DNA of 58,620 nucleotides, filler included, from Sphacelaria rigidula (lineage: Eukaryota): the NCBI GenBank assembly GCA_964200075.2. It is 8 parts of 8 records of this genome, joined end to end, with 100 filler letters (N's around TTAATTAATTAA, not from the genome) between each part and the next. Parts side by side here need not be neighbours in the genome. Positions count along the whole stretch, not along the records: positions 7,342 to 14,582 come from CAXNAA020015808.1; positions 14,683 to 21,922 come from CAXNAA020015809.1; positions 22,023 to 29,262 come from CAXNAA020015810.1; 5 more parts are not named here. One strand, 5' to 3'. Below, one piece after another: positions 11,165 through 24,418 of this stretch. The position numbers and the translations under genes were made by a program. How positions within the stretch are numbered: position 1 is the first letter of the stretch; each line of letters begins with the position of its first letter. The notes under the pieces are model-generated. The model saw only the letters and a program-made list of their open reading frames with translations, was not told the origin of the DNA and ran no database searches.

Positions 11165-14100
11165 ACAAGGATCAAAATAAGTCTACGGAGGTAATACCGG
11201 CCACAGCGGGCATACCAACGTGCTCATGCTCGCGGTGTCGCCGACGAAATTACAGACACGGAAACGTACAGCGAGATGCATAATAAACATCAAAGTTGGA
11301 ACCGCGTTCAACAGAAAGAAACAGAGTGTCAACCACGACCCGCAACTTCCCAGTGTCATAACGTAGCCGACTTGGGCAGTGATAGGCTGATCTGTCGCTG
11401 TAGGCGCGAGGGGTGAGACTGGTTTTACTGGCAGTCACCAAATCTCGACCTGTACGTAGATCGGGGAACCTCAAACCGGGAAACGCAGTCTACGCACCCC
11501 AATGTGGACTAGATCGGGGAAGCTCAAACCGACAATGTCATGAATTGAAAACGTTTTCCCCCGATTTGGCGAAAAATCGGGGGAAACTTGAGGTTAACCC
11601 AATCTGTACGAAGTGACGTACGTGCAGTGACGTACGGCGACAGGGCAACACATGTCAGGTATTTTGCGACCACAGCAGCAGACAGCCTTGCGACAGCGCA
11701 GGCCGTGCCTCTCCGCCGGCCGCTGCAGAAAACTCGCATGGGTTTAATAAGCGGATAAGAAGAATTGACACCGCACTCGGCGGCGATGGTAATATCTCCG
11801 CTGCACTGCGCTGCCGTATGTATCACCATAACCAACAGTACTATGCTGTTCTCTCTGTTGTCGCTGTACTTGCAGGGTGATGTACGGCACTGCACTACTG
11901 AACCTTTGCTGCACACTCTTTACTCTTCTCGCAATACCGCGACTACTGTGCCATCATTTATTACGACATGGCATCACCGTGTATTACGGTGGTGATGGAG
12001 GGTGCCATGGTCCGACACTGTACTCGAAGGTTGATTCACCGTCTGTCTGCTCTTCTTCGGCTTCACTAGTACGTGATACCACACTCATTCAGAAACGACC
12101 ATCCGTGTACAAAACTACCTCACAAATCTGTGAGACTACAATAGGTCCCCACGGATCTGACGTTAGCACACATGATTCCCCTTATTCCTCACAGATTGGG
12201 GTCCGGACTGAATCGAGATTCGTCCCCATAAAAAGTCGTCTACCTACACCAACGGAATCCTTAACCCTCGCATCACCAAAAAAAGACAGATTGCGTCGGC
12301 AAAGCTATATCGACAACCCACTTGTAGTCCACGCGCTTTGGCGAAAATGCGTGAACTCAACCCGTGTCCAAACGCACTTGCCAGCCAAGATTCCTCCCGT
12401 ATCACAAGTTTTCACTGCGACTGCTGGCCCGTGGGAACCGGGACGTGTCCTCCGGTGTAATCCAAGTCATCCCCCTGGGTCCAGTCACGTGGGCAGTCCC
12501 AGTCGGAGATGTTAGCGGCGTCTTTCCCTCGGCAGTGTTGGTTAGACAACACCGATACCGCTCCCGTCCCTCCCAGATCAACCAGGAAGTCGATGTTGCC
12601 CCAGTTGGGGTCCCTACGGGGTGCATGCTGGCGCTGTTCCCCATGAAAGGTACGCATCAAGTTGCCATGGCGCACCGCGGACATGGCCTGCTCCTTCGTC
12701 GGGTTCCTGCGCGAACCCAGCCCAGCTCGGATGTGCGTAAATCAGCGCTCAAGAATGTCCTGCATGTTACGCAGAGGAGGTCATTCACACCTGAATTGGG
12801 TTAACGACAGCAACAATCGACTCCCGTCAACATGCACCGACATAGATCGGAAAGAGTGGGACATCTACCGTGCGATGTCGTGAGCACATACCTTCGGTGC
12901 TATCGCGCCGAGTGGGCGACGCTTTGGTAGCTATTTCGGCAATTGCAAAAACCGTTTTACCGCTTGCATTTTTCGCCAGAGTCCGTTGGCGGCGTGATTT
13001 CGTCAATCAGGTCGCAGCACATGTTGCATTTCTGAATTGCATCTCCAGCTATACCGGATTATGGCGGAAATGCGAGCGGTATACCGGTCTTTCAGCGATT
13101 GCCCTCCGCGTTTGGTGCAGCACCTGTAGTAAAACAGTAAAGTACAGTACATAACATGACAGTACACTACAGCACTACATAGACGCACCACCTCACCCCA
13201 ATACAAATGGTAAGCGATACAACACACATACACGATACACGACACGAAGTCTACAAGGATGTGAAGCCTGCAAAACGTGTGCCCTCACAATCTAGCACAC
13301 AAACGCAGCACGATACGGCTGTACTTCTCGTGCCTGCAAACTAGCAAAAATGAGGTCTCGTTTCACCGTTTGGTAGGGTCGTGGATGATGCCGCAGGATC
13401 CTGCAGGGGTTAATTTCAAGATTACACGCCGTTCTCCACACTGCACGGGTCGATTGACCCCAAAATTTGCACAGCGTCGGCCAACTATATACAGAACGAG
13501 ATGGCGCAGGCGTTGCAGACCTTTGATCAAAGGGACTCGGATGCACTCGCTTCTGGGCGTGGACATGCGGGTGCCGACTGCTGTCGGTAGAGCGCACACC
13601 TGCCGCTGGGGGCCCGACCTTGCCACTCACCGGATGAAAGGAGGAAATTCCACTTGCTCAGATGTTTGCAAACGTAGCGCAGTTGCTTCTCGACACTCCT
13701 TGCGGTCCCTCGTTGGCTGCAACTACTGTGCTGGCGGCTGCAGTGGGTCGCACCCATAGGTCAAAACTGTCGTCCATGCCCCGTCTACATTGTCATGTTC
13801 TAACTACAAAAGCGCTCCTACACTATGTCATGAATAATGACGAAAAACCACACAAGCGCACACCCTATGGTAGATATGTCATACCCTTTAACAGGGGATT
13901 CTATAAAATGAGCTTCATCAATGAAATGAGGTTTGAAGACCCTAGCCGTTGAATATCAAAAAGCCCTCACGAGTACCGCACGACGGCGCTGATGTGCAAT
14001 TTTGGGGAGGTGTAGGAATTGTGCCCGTGGTTGCACATGTCGCCCATCCCTGTTTAGCTGCGGGCGACGGGCCATAACAACGTTTGTTTGATTGTCAACG

Positions 14101-14503
14101 ATGTTCTTGCTCCTGCTTGCCTCGAGGCTTGTGTCCAGACAGAAATCTCGGGCGTCAAGTTGCTCGTCAGCGACGTGCTGGGGGGATATCACTGCCAACG
14201 CAGTGATGTGCCGAGCGGATGATTGAGCGTCCACTGTCATCAAGAATGGGACATGAAAAAGCATGAATAATCTTCTTTGACGGCCGATGCACAACGTGAA
14301 TGATTTATTGCACGACTCAACCGTACTGTAAATACCCGTCGAGCTTTCCAATCCGGTTCGAGCATACATGATGCGGTAATGTCTCAGTCGAAAGAGAAAT
14401 CGTTGACATCCACCCCAATATCGCTTCGTACGGTCCCGTCATACACACCACCGCAACACCTCATCATGCTACATGACAGCATCTCGACCCCGCCCTGAAC
14501 TGT

Positions 14504-14582
14504 GACACTTTCTACGATAGCCCCCCCCCACAACCAGCTAAAAGTGTCACGAAACAATGACCATACAGCGCCTGATGTTCGG
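14504..14582. mobile_element. MITE 4-bp-TSD family A, truncated by scaffold end
   Basis: GACACTTTCTACGATAGCCCCCCCCC followed by sequence matching 23664 onward. Confidence 0.85.
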
Positions 14583-15855
14583 NNNNNNNNNNNNNNNNNN
14601 NNNNNNNNNNNNNNNNNNNNNNNNNNTTAATTAATTAANNNNNNNNNNNNNNNNNNNNNNNNNNNNNNNNNNNNNNNNNNNNTTCGTGGGCAGAGGCACA
14701 TCCAGCCGGTGCCGGCGCGAGCGCTCCGCTGCTGGGGGAGGGGGGGCGAGGGAGTGGGGGGGGGGAAGATAATGTAAACACCGCGCCGGAATTAGGGTAC
14801 TGTAAACATGCAAAGTCAGGGGTGGGTTTGCTTGTGCTGTAGGAATGGGCCATGGCTGCCATGAAAAAGGACCGCTGAACAACCGCATCGAATGAGACGC
14901 CCGGTGCATGAGGCGGCGCCGGCGATGGGTGGTTTTGAGATTGTACGAACCACTGGACCATTAATACAAGGCAAGTGTGGTAAAAGGTGTGTTCGATGGG
15001 GGGTGGGCGGGAGCGCTGTCGATTCGGAGGATGTAGCTCCATTCGCGGGCGTACCGAAATACGTGAAGAATTAAAATGAAGTCACCAATCAATATATGGT
15101 AGACCTGGCATCAGGAAATAGATAGTTCATACCGTGATATGCTCATAAATACGACAACAGCATCCGCTTTGCAGGCAAATATTCGCAAGTGGGACTAGTG
15201 TTCCCATCTACGGTGCAGCAAGTCCAGGCGAAAACCACAGAGAGAAACAAAATGAACACAAAGTACATTCTCCGCGAGTTGTCTTACCCGAACGTCGGCG
15301 CCCAGCACTTGAGCAGATAGAGCTGCAGTTCTCGGATTTGCTCCTCTTTTTTCCTCAGAGACAGAAGTTCCTGAAAGAGCAAAGCCTGGCGAAAACAGAA
15401 ATAAAGGTGGGGGACGGCAGGTATCTGGCATTGAAATTGTCGCAGTTCTACGTACGTTTTTGGCTAAACGCTGTAAAGCAAATGTTTCGCAAGCAGAAAC
15501 GGATTTGACTTTGCAAGTACTATTCAAAATTACCCTTGGTAGGACACGCGAACCATGCGGCCTCAAGATATACGCTGCAAGACTTGTGGTGGGAGACTTA
15601 TTTATTTTGGTACAAACTCAAAATAAAGTACAGTGCAAGGTTCGCAGTGGATCAGCCATGGTGGCACGGCTTTTCACGGAACAAAAACCGCCGACACCTC
15701 TACAACTACGCCATAGCCGAGGACAACTGGATCTCTATATAATATCTATAAGCATACATACAGATATATATATATATTTGTTAACACCTACTCATCTCCC
15801 AGATTTCGTAGACACGGGGCACTATTCATCTCGTGTGCCCTCAGGCCGCTCCTTA

Positions 15856-16889
15856 GACCGTATTGTATGGCAACCAATCCGTGTTTGTACAAATACTTTC
15901 TCCAACACATGAGTACAGTCGGTTATGGGGCACAGATCATATCGTTTGAACGGGAGCGCGTAAGATGCTGCAGTTGGATTATTTGGAAAGATACAGTTAC
16001 GGAGATGGTCACGAACAAAAAAAAAACGAGTTCGTATTGGAGAGAAATCGTGGGTAAAATTTGATCAAATTTAGGCCGAATTTGGACGATTTTTGCCTGT
16101 GTTTGTGGTGAATGCAGTCCACAGCATGATCACACGCTTTGAGACGAGGCGTACGTATCGTCTATCAATGATGAAGCGCAAACAAACACCATTTTTTTCG
16201 CATACTCTTGCGTTTTTGGCCATTTTTCCGAGTGTCAGTTTTTCTCCCCTTTTTCCGGCAAAAAGGGGACAAAATAACCATTTCTAGGCCAACTGCTTTT
16301 GTTTCGGCCACTGGTCCATCGTGAAGGCTGCGCTACAAAAGAAAAAAACAAGAACGGGATTCAACTACAAAGATGACGAAGATTTCAAAAATATCATCGC
16401 TAACGTCATCGGACACCGTCATGGGCCCGTACAACCATAACCGACTTTACTCATGTGTTGGAGGAAGTACGAGGGTTTCAGCCCGTCTACATCCGATTTT
16501 CTCCCGTAGGTTGATTTTCGGACCCCAGCCCGTTGGGCAATGTTTTTCGCCCAGCTCTGAGGAAAACAGATCAATTCTCCAATTCTCTAGACGCTGACTT
16601 TGGGTTCATCACCTTTCTGCTCAGATCGGAAGACTCCCGCATCTCCCCTGAATTTGGGCCCCAGATTCGGGGGAGATGCGGGAGTCTCCCGATCTGAGCA
16701 GAAAGGTGATGAACCAAAAGTCAGCGTCCAGAGGATCGTAGAATTGATCTGGTTTTCTCATAGCTAGGCGAAAAACATTGACCAACGGACTGGGGTTCAA
16801 AAAATAAATCTACGTGAGAAAATCCGCTGTAGACGGGTTGAAATCCTCATATTTGTACAAATACGGATTGGTCGCCATACAACACGGTC
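15856..16889. mobile_element. PIF/Harbinger-type foldback MITE inserted into the left TIR of the outer element
   Basis: TTA|GACCGTATTGTATGGCAACCAATCCG...CGGATTGGTCGCCATACAACACGGTC|TTA; near-complete palindrome centred at about 16659. Confidence 0.88.
15896..16467. mobile_element. Tc1/mariner-type MITE (TA TSD), innermost element
   Basis: TA|CTTTCTCCAACACATGAGTACAGTCGGTTATGG...CCATAACCGACTTTACTCATGTGTTGGAGGAAG|TA; removing it restores the host palindrome arm. Confidence 0.85.
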
Positions 16890-17481
16890 TTACGGCAGAC
16901 AAGAATAAGAATAATATGTGGGAAGGTGCCGTTTCGGAGCTTTTACGTCGTTTTACGCCCTGAAAAAAGAGCTTGGCGGATGTTGACACCTTGGAATGCA
17001 TTGCTGTACTCGTTGAGACGGTTCCTGCACACTTCGAGATCTTTCCGGTGGTTGGAGGGTTTTTTTTGGCCAACCTTGCATTTTTCTCGGAAATCGCTCA
17101 TGATTGTCGGAGATCCGTCAAGTCCACACAAATCTGGGATTTTTTTTGTAGATTTGGCCGGTCTGCGAGAAAAATGAGCGACATCCGAGAAAAAATCCAC
17201 GTTAGGGGAAGAAAAAAACTGCAGCCACCGGAAAAACGCACAGGTGTGCTGGAACCGTGTCAACGAGTACAGCAAGGCATTCCAAGGTGTCAGAATCCGT
17301 CCATCATAGCTCTCTCTTGTGGGCGTAAAACGGCGTAGAAGCTCCAAAAAGGCAGCTCTCCAGATTTTTATTTTTTTGTGTCCCGTTAAGGAGCGGCCTC
17401 AGCGAGAGAATAGATGTAAGGGTTGGACAAGGAATGATTCGTCTAAAGATTTACATACTATCAGTGTAATTGATCTAGTAG

Positions 17482-17801
17482 AGTTTACCGGCATTGGGCT
17501 ACAAAATGCCCACGGTTGATAATACTTGATTTGAGTGTATACAATGATAATCCAAATCTCAGTAGGGCTGACAGTCCCGTGTGCTCCTCGCGTGCGCGGA
17601 ACGCGTTTTTGTTGTAATCGGCGCCACAGGCGCCGATTTGGGGTCCACCAAGGCCGCACTTTGCCCAGGGAATGCTGTGTACCGCGCTTGCCCGAGGGCT
17701 CTCGGTATGCGTTGGGTTGGGTTGGGGTTAGGGTTTCAGGGGCAGCGATACTTGTCAAAATGTGTCAACCATGGACAGCTGTAGCCCAACGCCGGTAAAC
17801 T
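17482..17801. mobile_element. MITE with 22-bp TIRs; second copy inverted at about 42950-43199; related fragment at 43680-43942
   Basis: AGTTTACCGGCATTGGGCTACA...TGTAGCCCAACGCCGGTAAACT; internal hairpin AATCGGCGCCACAGGCGCCGATT and a GGGTTAGGG tract. Confidence 0.8.
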
Positions 17802-18326
17802 AGCCTCAAATGATCCATACCTTAGGAATCAATCCGTGAGCTGTGTTTCAGCGTTGTGTCTCAGGTACGCGCACACCTCGGACGCGTGGAACAGCGCAAA
17901 ACTTGCGTGTACATTTTTTTTCTACACGCGGCAATCGTTTTATCTCTTTCGAGCAATTAGACCTCAGAAATCGTAGACGAGGTGATTCAAACCAGCGATG
18001 ACTAGTAACGACCGTAGATAACTTTACCTCTATTTTGCAGATTTTCATGTCTGTGGTGATAGAACACATCGAAGACAATGTCCCCGACTGTGGCGTTGTT
18101 TGGAAACAGAGGAGCGGTGCAGCACCGGGAAATTATCTTGAATGTATGATCTGTAGGCACAGTGCTCGACCTTGTGTGTAGGCAAAATGAGCGAGCGCCC
18201 CAACTCGTTGTGCATGGAGCTGTAAGGTTCGATGCGACAGCGTGTGAGGCTTCTCCGGCGTATAAATCCATCCCCAAAGCACCGTCATCTTCCAGCAAGA
18301 GGGAGTACAGACAGGACAGGCAATCA

Positions 18327-18689
18327 GACCATTTTTTATGGCAACCAATCTCGACTTTTACAAATATGAGGATTTCAGCCCGCCTAAAGGCGGTTTTCTC
18401 CCGTGGATAGATTTTCGGACCCCAGTCCGTTGGGCAATGGTTTCCGGCTAAGTGTGAGAAAACCAGATCAACTCTCCGATTTTCTGCACGTTGACTTTTG
18501 GTACACCACCTTTCTGCTCAAATCGGGAGACTCCCGCACCTCCCGATTTTTGGTTTTCTCACAGCTAGCCAGAAAACATTGCCCAACGGACTGGGGTCCG
18601 AAAATCTATCCACGGGAGAAAATCGCCTATAGGCGGGGTGAAGTCCTCATACTTATAAAAATTGAGACCGGTTGCCATAAAAGATAGTC
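18327..18689. mobile_element. PIF/Harbinger-type foldback MITE, same family as 15856-16889, with an internal deletion
   Basis: TCA|GACCATTTTTTATGGCAACC...GGTTGCCATAAAAGATAGTC|TCA; arms complementary over about 140 nt. Confidence 0.85.
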
Positions 18690-19190
18690 TCACCGTTTTG
18701 TCGAATTTGCAAGTTTGTTGACGGAAAAGGATCCTGCCCACGTAGTCAACATTACTTACACTTACAACGGGGTACCAGAGTGCCACCTATACTTTTACCG
18801 TTATCGCAACACAGTGGAGCGCGGTCATGTCGCGTTGAGATACGTCCACCGCCTGGCCGAAGAGGCACTTAAATCCGGCACAGCACAGCACAGCACGGCA
18901 CTACTGTATGGTAGGGGACAGTAGAGCAGCATTTTGCAGTGAAGCTGGTGCAAGCGTTTCGTCTTTTGCCCGGTGATAGGGTTCCGACTCATCAATTGAT
19001 CGTACGTATCCATCAAGAATTGATTATCGTACATAAACTGTTTTTTTGGGGGGGTCTATTTTGTTTTTTTGGTTTTGCCTGATTCCCTCATAACTTAGTA
19101 TAGGTAGCTAGCCTGTGACGGAAGGCGTCCGCATCAGATGCCCAGTACGAATGTACCGCGCAGGTATCGGAACGGTTTTTAATATGAAGA

Positions 19191-19206
19191 CAACAGCAGC
19201 AGCAGC

Positions 19207-19241
<35 letters not shown>
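19191..19241. repeat. (CAG)n(CAA)n microsatellite
   Basis: Direct reading. Confidence 0.95.
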
Positions 19242-19518
19242 ACTGATTCGTGCGGTAAGCAGCATACCTACGATAACGAGACGACAAACACGTGCGATAC
19301 CCGGATTTCATATTGCTATGCTTCTTCATGCGCTTTACACGGTGTAGCAACCCGTTTATCTCGATTCAAACAAACCACGGGCCCATATTTTCAAGGACTT
19401 TCACGTGCACACATGAGAGTAAAATGAGTCCAGCGACATCCACCCCCTCGTCGGTTCTGATTTGCATGGCAATTTTCCCCGCATATCTGACATTTGGCGA
19501 CGAATATTGAGCGCTTAA

Positions 19519-19797
19519 ACACAGGAGGAAGGTCAACTCAGGAGTTTTTCCTTTTTTGTTTTGTTTTTAGTACTCCTCCTTCCTTCTACGGCGCTTGCCT
19601 TTATTTTTTGATCGGGACAGGGGTTCGGCAGTCCCTCTCCCTCGTCGACCGTGAAAGCGATTTTTTTGTGTACCCACGACATCGTCGCTCTCCACTGCTG
19701 GGCATGAGAAAAAATTCCAGATCGTTCCGAGATTCGAACCCACAACCCAACCGTCAGAAGCTTTCGAGGTTATCAACTGAGCCACCGGGGCGATCGG
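19519..19797 (-). mobile_element. tRNA-derived SINE family 1, 3'-truncated
   Basis: Head CCGATCGCCCCGGTGGCTCAGTTGA (A box) ... GGGTTCGAATC (B box); body matches the other copies. Confidence 0.85.
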
Positions 19798-20177
19798 CGT
19801 CACAATCGCCCTTCAATAGTGTCTTCCGCTTGTCCGTATACAAAAAATAAATCAAACAACCAAACAACCAAATGACATATCACACCCAGAGTCGAAATAC
19901 AGAAGATCCCAAGGTGAACAAACACATAATCTAAGACATGACCCCATTCGGCGCAAAAGAATGGAACCGGTCCCCCGGTGCATCCGTTGCAACATGCCTG
20001 TGCTGTAGGAGACCTACCGGATCTGTAATACCGTGGTAGTTGCGCATACCGTCCAGCGCACCCTCCACGTCTGCAATTTTCCGCGCCACCTGCGCAAGCC
20101 GATGCCATTCAGCAGGACATGCATTGATTGATTGATTGATTGATTCATTCATAGTTCCACACAAGAATGACGGGCGT

Positions 20178-20178
20178 G

Positions 20179-20229
<51 letters not shown>

Positions 20230-20576
20230 GTCGTCCCATCTATTCTGGACGCCAGTCTACCCCTTTCGGTATATGTGGGCGCACCAGCCGGGGTCACACA
20301 GGAGAAAGGTCAACACAGGAGCTTTTTCTTCTTCTGTTTGTTTTCACCACTCCACCTTCCTTCTGCGGTGCTTGCCTTTCTTTTTTATCGCGAGAGACTT
20401 GTTCAGCGGTCCCTTCACCTCGTCGACCGTGAAGTCGAATTTGTGTACCCACGACATAGTCGCTCTTCACTGTTCGGCGTTGTGTGAGAAAAATCTCAGA
20501 TCGCTTCGAGATTCGAACCCACGACCCAACCGTCAGAAGGTTTCGAAGTTACCGCCTGAGCCACCGAGGCGACCGG
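20178..20576 (-). mobile_element. tRNA-derived SINE family 1, full length with (CA)n tail
   Basis: A box GGTGGCTCAGGCGG, B box GGTTCGAATC, body, tail of about 24 CA units. Confidence 0.9.
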
Positions 20577-22091
20577 TTCTATGCATGGTTCATATTTTAG
20601 TCCCCGTTCATGTTGTGTATGTGTGTGTACACACACATATATATATATATATATATACGTGCACACAAGAATAGAGAGCGTCGGTAGAAACAGCCACGAA
20701 CACAAAACAGTTAGCTCACTCAAGCTAGGTCACCGAGTTGCTTTTGCGTTCGCGCTTAATACTAAGCCGCAACAAACCCAAATATACAAAAATAAGGTGT
20801 TTTCGGCCTTACGGGGATTCTCCGGTCCATTGTCGCGACTTGAGCAGAATATGTAACCGAATTTCCTAGCTGTTGTTTGTATGCAGGGGGCTGTTGACCC
20901 TTTTGGGACTTGGCCTCCAGGACGACCAATGAGGCTGGTTGGGAATGACGTGCCCTGCATATGCATGAAACAGTGGCTTCACGTTGCTAAAAACCAACTT
21001 ATGTATGTAACGGCAGGGATAGATGAAGACCGAAGTGTTATTATGATCTCTATCGTCAATAAATTTTTTTTCAGAAGTCACACGCTTGTCACAAGTGACC
21101 ATGTCTTGGCAAGGAATCATTCTGCCCCACATAGGCGTATGTCCGCAACTACATATGTTAAAAAAAAAACTGCAGGTTTGTCGTCAAATTGACTAAAATG
21201 TACATGCATTTGCTCCTCCGTTGAGGGTTCGTTCTGAAAATAAGTCGCGGTATTGTCTCGCCTCAGTCTTTGCAAGTGTCGTTTAATGTGCGCATATCTC
21301 CACAACGTCTCGTGGAATGTCTCATGCCACATTACTGGATTGGATATTAGTAAACTCGTCAGGTCTTGTCCCTAGAGGTCCAAATCCCAGCCTCTAGCTT
21401 CAGCGGAGTCGCGCGCTAACACTGCTGTAGCTGAGGAGGTATGCTATTATGACCTCTTCATGACCCGACCCGCTTACTAATAACCCCGGGTCAGTCAACC
21501 CGGACCGTCTTCCCGGGCCTGTCACCCTGGGACTGTCATCCTCCAATCCCCCGTCTGGGATCGTCATTCTCCCGTCTTGGCGGCTCCCTGTCGGAGCCCT
21601 CTACCCAGGCACTCTGTGTTTCAACCCAAACCCTGCCTTGCAAAGTACGTCCAGTCCAAGTCCACGTCTCGGCTCAGTAAACTCCGTACTCTTTCACCGA
21701 GTGAGAAGCTACGACCTACATACGCCCACTATCCGGGTAGGATAAGTCAAACTCACTGTCCGACTGGTTCTTATAGAAAGTTTCATCCAATCTATTTTCA
21801 GGTGCAGGTACAAACTGTCTGTACTATGATTCGGGTGTTGTGCGCATCAGGTAATGTATAGATGTATCACGCAGTATGAGTCGCGGTAGAGAGCTCTCAA
21901 CAGGATGTGGCAACCGCCGCCCNNNNNNNNNNNNNNNNNNNNNNNNNNNNNNNNNNNNNNNNNNNNTTAATTAATTAANNNNNNNNNNNNNNNNNNNNNN
22001 NNNNNNNNNNNNNNNNNNNNNNCCCGCCGAAAAGACCCTCCCCACGCCGTACCGACAAGACCGATCATGGCCTTCGTCGGAGGACGGGGAA

Positions 22092-22563
22092 CGGGGTCAC
22101 TCTACTCAAATTTTGAGTAGTCGAGTACGACTTCAAATACTCTACTCAAATATTGACTGGGCACTCTCAGTAATACTTGAGTATATAGTATCACTTGAGT
22201 ATGACCTCGGTACTCTACTCAAATTTTGGGAAGTCGAGTACGGCCTCGTATACTCTACTCGAATAATTGAGTAGGTAGAGTATGGTCTCAAATAAGTTGC
22301 TCAAATATTAAGCGCTCTCAGTAATACTCGAGTATAGAGTATCACTTGAGTATGACCTCAATACTCTACCCAAAAATTGATTACGTCGAGTACGGCCTTT
22401 AATACTCTGCTCAAAGTTGGAGTGGACCGAGTACGATCTTGAATACTATGCTCAAATTTTGAGTAGACCGGGTACGACCTCAAATACTCTATTCAAATAT
22501 TGAGTAAGCACCCTCAAAAGTACTTGAGTATAGAGGAACCCTTGGGTATGGTGAGTACCCCTG
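22092..22563. repeat. Array of ~40-41-bp doubly palindromic units, probably the interior of a hAT-like MITE
   Basis: Unit TACTCTACTCAAATTTTGAGTAGGTCGAGTACGACCTCAAA; ends CGGGGTCACTC / GAGTACCCCTG. Confidence 0.8.
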
Positions 22564-22959
22564 ACAGTCGGCTACTTCGTCACGACACTTCACAGACTAT
22601 GTTGAATGCATGGGCAAACGATGGCCATCAATTAGATGGACGGCGTTACATCACAGCCAACAAGGAGTATGAGCGAATGATGGCCATGAAAGGAAAAGAA
22701 AAACGTGCAGGTGAACGAACCTACCTACCCCAGCGCCCCATCTCACCAGCCCCCACCCACGGCAGTTCATATTCGATACCTCGCAACGCCTTCGTAATCA
22801 CTTCCAGCACAGAGCGCTACTCATCATCATCGCGTTATCGAGTAGACGAGTAGTCGAGTAGGTATTATCAAAATGAGCGACTCTACTGGCGACAAATGTG
22901 ACTCCTCCATGGGAATCAGCGGTGGAAACAGTGCAACAAGGGGAAACATCGATATATTT

Positions 22960-23647
22960 CCTCTACCCGAGTTTGAGTATTTTGCGTACGAACTTCACTA
23001 TTGAAGTTGAAGTTATAGGTTTTCGGTACATCGGATCCGGCCTCAGATACTCTACTCTAATTTTGAGTAGGTCGAGTACGACCTCCAATACACTGCTCAA
23101 ATTTGAGTAGGCCATGTGCGGCCTCAAATACTCTACTCAAATTTTGAGTAGGTCGAATACGACCTAAAATACTCTACTCAAGTATTGAGTAAGACTCTCA
23201 GTAATACTTGAGAATAGAGTATCCTTGAGCATGACCTCAAACCTCTACTCAAATTTCGAGTAGATTGAGAGTCATCCTACGATAGGGGGGAAGGTATTTG
23301 GTTGCACGAAAAAAGAGGCTCATACGTGTGTCAGACATCCTTCCACAATTGCGTTGCGCTTGTATTTGATTCCAAACGATGTCCGGCAGCATGAATGAGC
23401 GTTATTGATCCACAACAAGCTNNNNNNNNNNTCAACTACGATCTTCCTCGAAATCTCGAGCAACAAATGGCCCAAAATACCCCCCCCGCTATCGTAGGAT
23501 GACTCTTGAGCACGATCTCAAATACTCTACTCGAACAATTGAGTAGGTTGAGTACGATGTCGAATAATCTACTCGAACTTCGAGTACTTTAAGTTTGACT
23601 CTTCGAAAATACTGAGTACGAAGTATACTCTACTCGACCTACCCTTG
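22960..23647. repeat. Second array of the same ~41-bp unit, interrupted by a MITE at 23269-23505
   Basis: Same unit repeated; ends in TACCCTTG. Confidence 0.8.
23269..23505. mobile_element. MITE, 4-bp-TSD family C (TIR GAGTCATCCTACGATAG); contains a 10-N gap
   Basis: TTGA|GAGTCATCCTACGATAG...CTATCGTAGGATGACTC|TTGA. Confidence 0.85.
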
Positions 23648-23663
23648 CATTTTTTTTCGGAAC

Positions 23664-23911
23664 GACACTTTCTACGATAGCCCCCCCTCAAAACCAGCCC
23701 AGAAGTGTCAAGAAAAAAATGTCGATACAACCCCTGATGTTTGCGTTCAGGCCTCATGAAGAGCTTCATAGTGGCGACATTGTCTAGAATGAACCCAAGC
23801 GTGGAAATTCCCAGCTGCTCGTTGTGCTCGGCTTTTCCCATTTCGGTTTACGTTGAGATTTTGCCTCCCACAACCATACACTTTTGGGGGGGGGCTATCG
23901 TAGAAAGTGTC
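23664..23911. mobile_element. MITE, 4-bp-TSD family A, full length (248 bp)
   Basis: GAAC|GACACTTTCTACGATAGCCCCCCC...GGGGGGGCTATCGTAGAAAGTGTC|GAAC. Confidence 0.92.
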
Positions 23912-24418
23912 GAACAGGAGCCTTCTCGTGATTTACACCAAGGCGGTCGAATCGTCCGAAACGACCGTCACCCCCCCTGACAGCCTGAAATCTGACAGAA
24001 ATTTTGGTGCAAAAATATCGATAATCGACGTGGTCAGTGAAGAGTCATAACAGCCGATCATCGAAATGGAGGATGGGGCTTTTCAATGAGTCTGAGAAGC
24101 CGGAGGACTGAATCTTTGCATCCACCCCAAATCTTCGAACCCGGAGTATAAAAATCTTTGTATCCACTCTAAATATTCGAAGTATGGTCCCATTCCTTCA
24201 CCTACAGGTAGCTATTGACAAGTTCTGCACGTCATACAAATTGTGATTTCGATCATTGAAATGTTGGGGTTCTGGGTGAAAAACCAATTTAGGGGGATTT
24301 CGGCGATCCGATCGGATCACCTGAATTCCCCACAACTGATCATCTAAGACCCCAACATTTCCGTTATTGAAATCCGAATTTGCATGACGTGTAGCAGTTG
24401 TCAAAAATTATCAATGAG

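Larger units (their letters stand above)
15844..17398. mobile_element. PIF/Harbinger-type foldback MITE (outer element of a triple nest)
   Basis: TCA|GGCCGCTCCTTA...TAAGGAGCGGCC|TCA (3-bp TSD TCA); the remaining body, 16893-17398, is an imperfect palindrome centred near 17135. Confidence 0.85.

Noticed and set aside
11640..14370. Several 130-212-aa ORFs in scaffold 2
   Set aside because: No recognisable motifs or splice structure; probably decayed retroelement sequence
18002..18326. Possible LINE RT remnant on the minus strand
   Set aside because: Only faint motif echoes across frameshifts; not supportable by eye
22092..23647. CRISPR-like array of palindromic repeats
   Set aside because: Units abut directly with no unique spacers, no cas genes are present, and the context is eukaryotic
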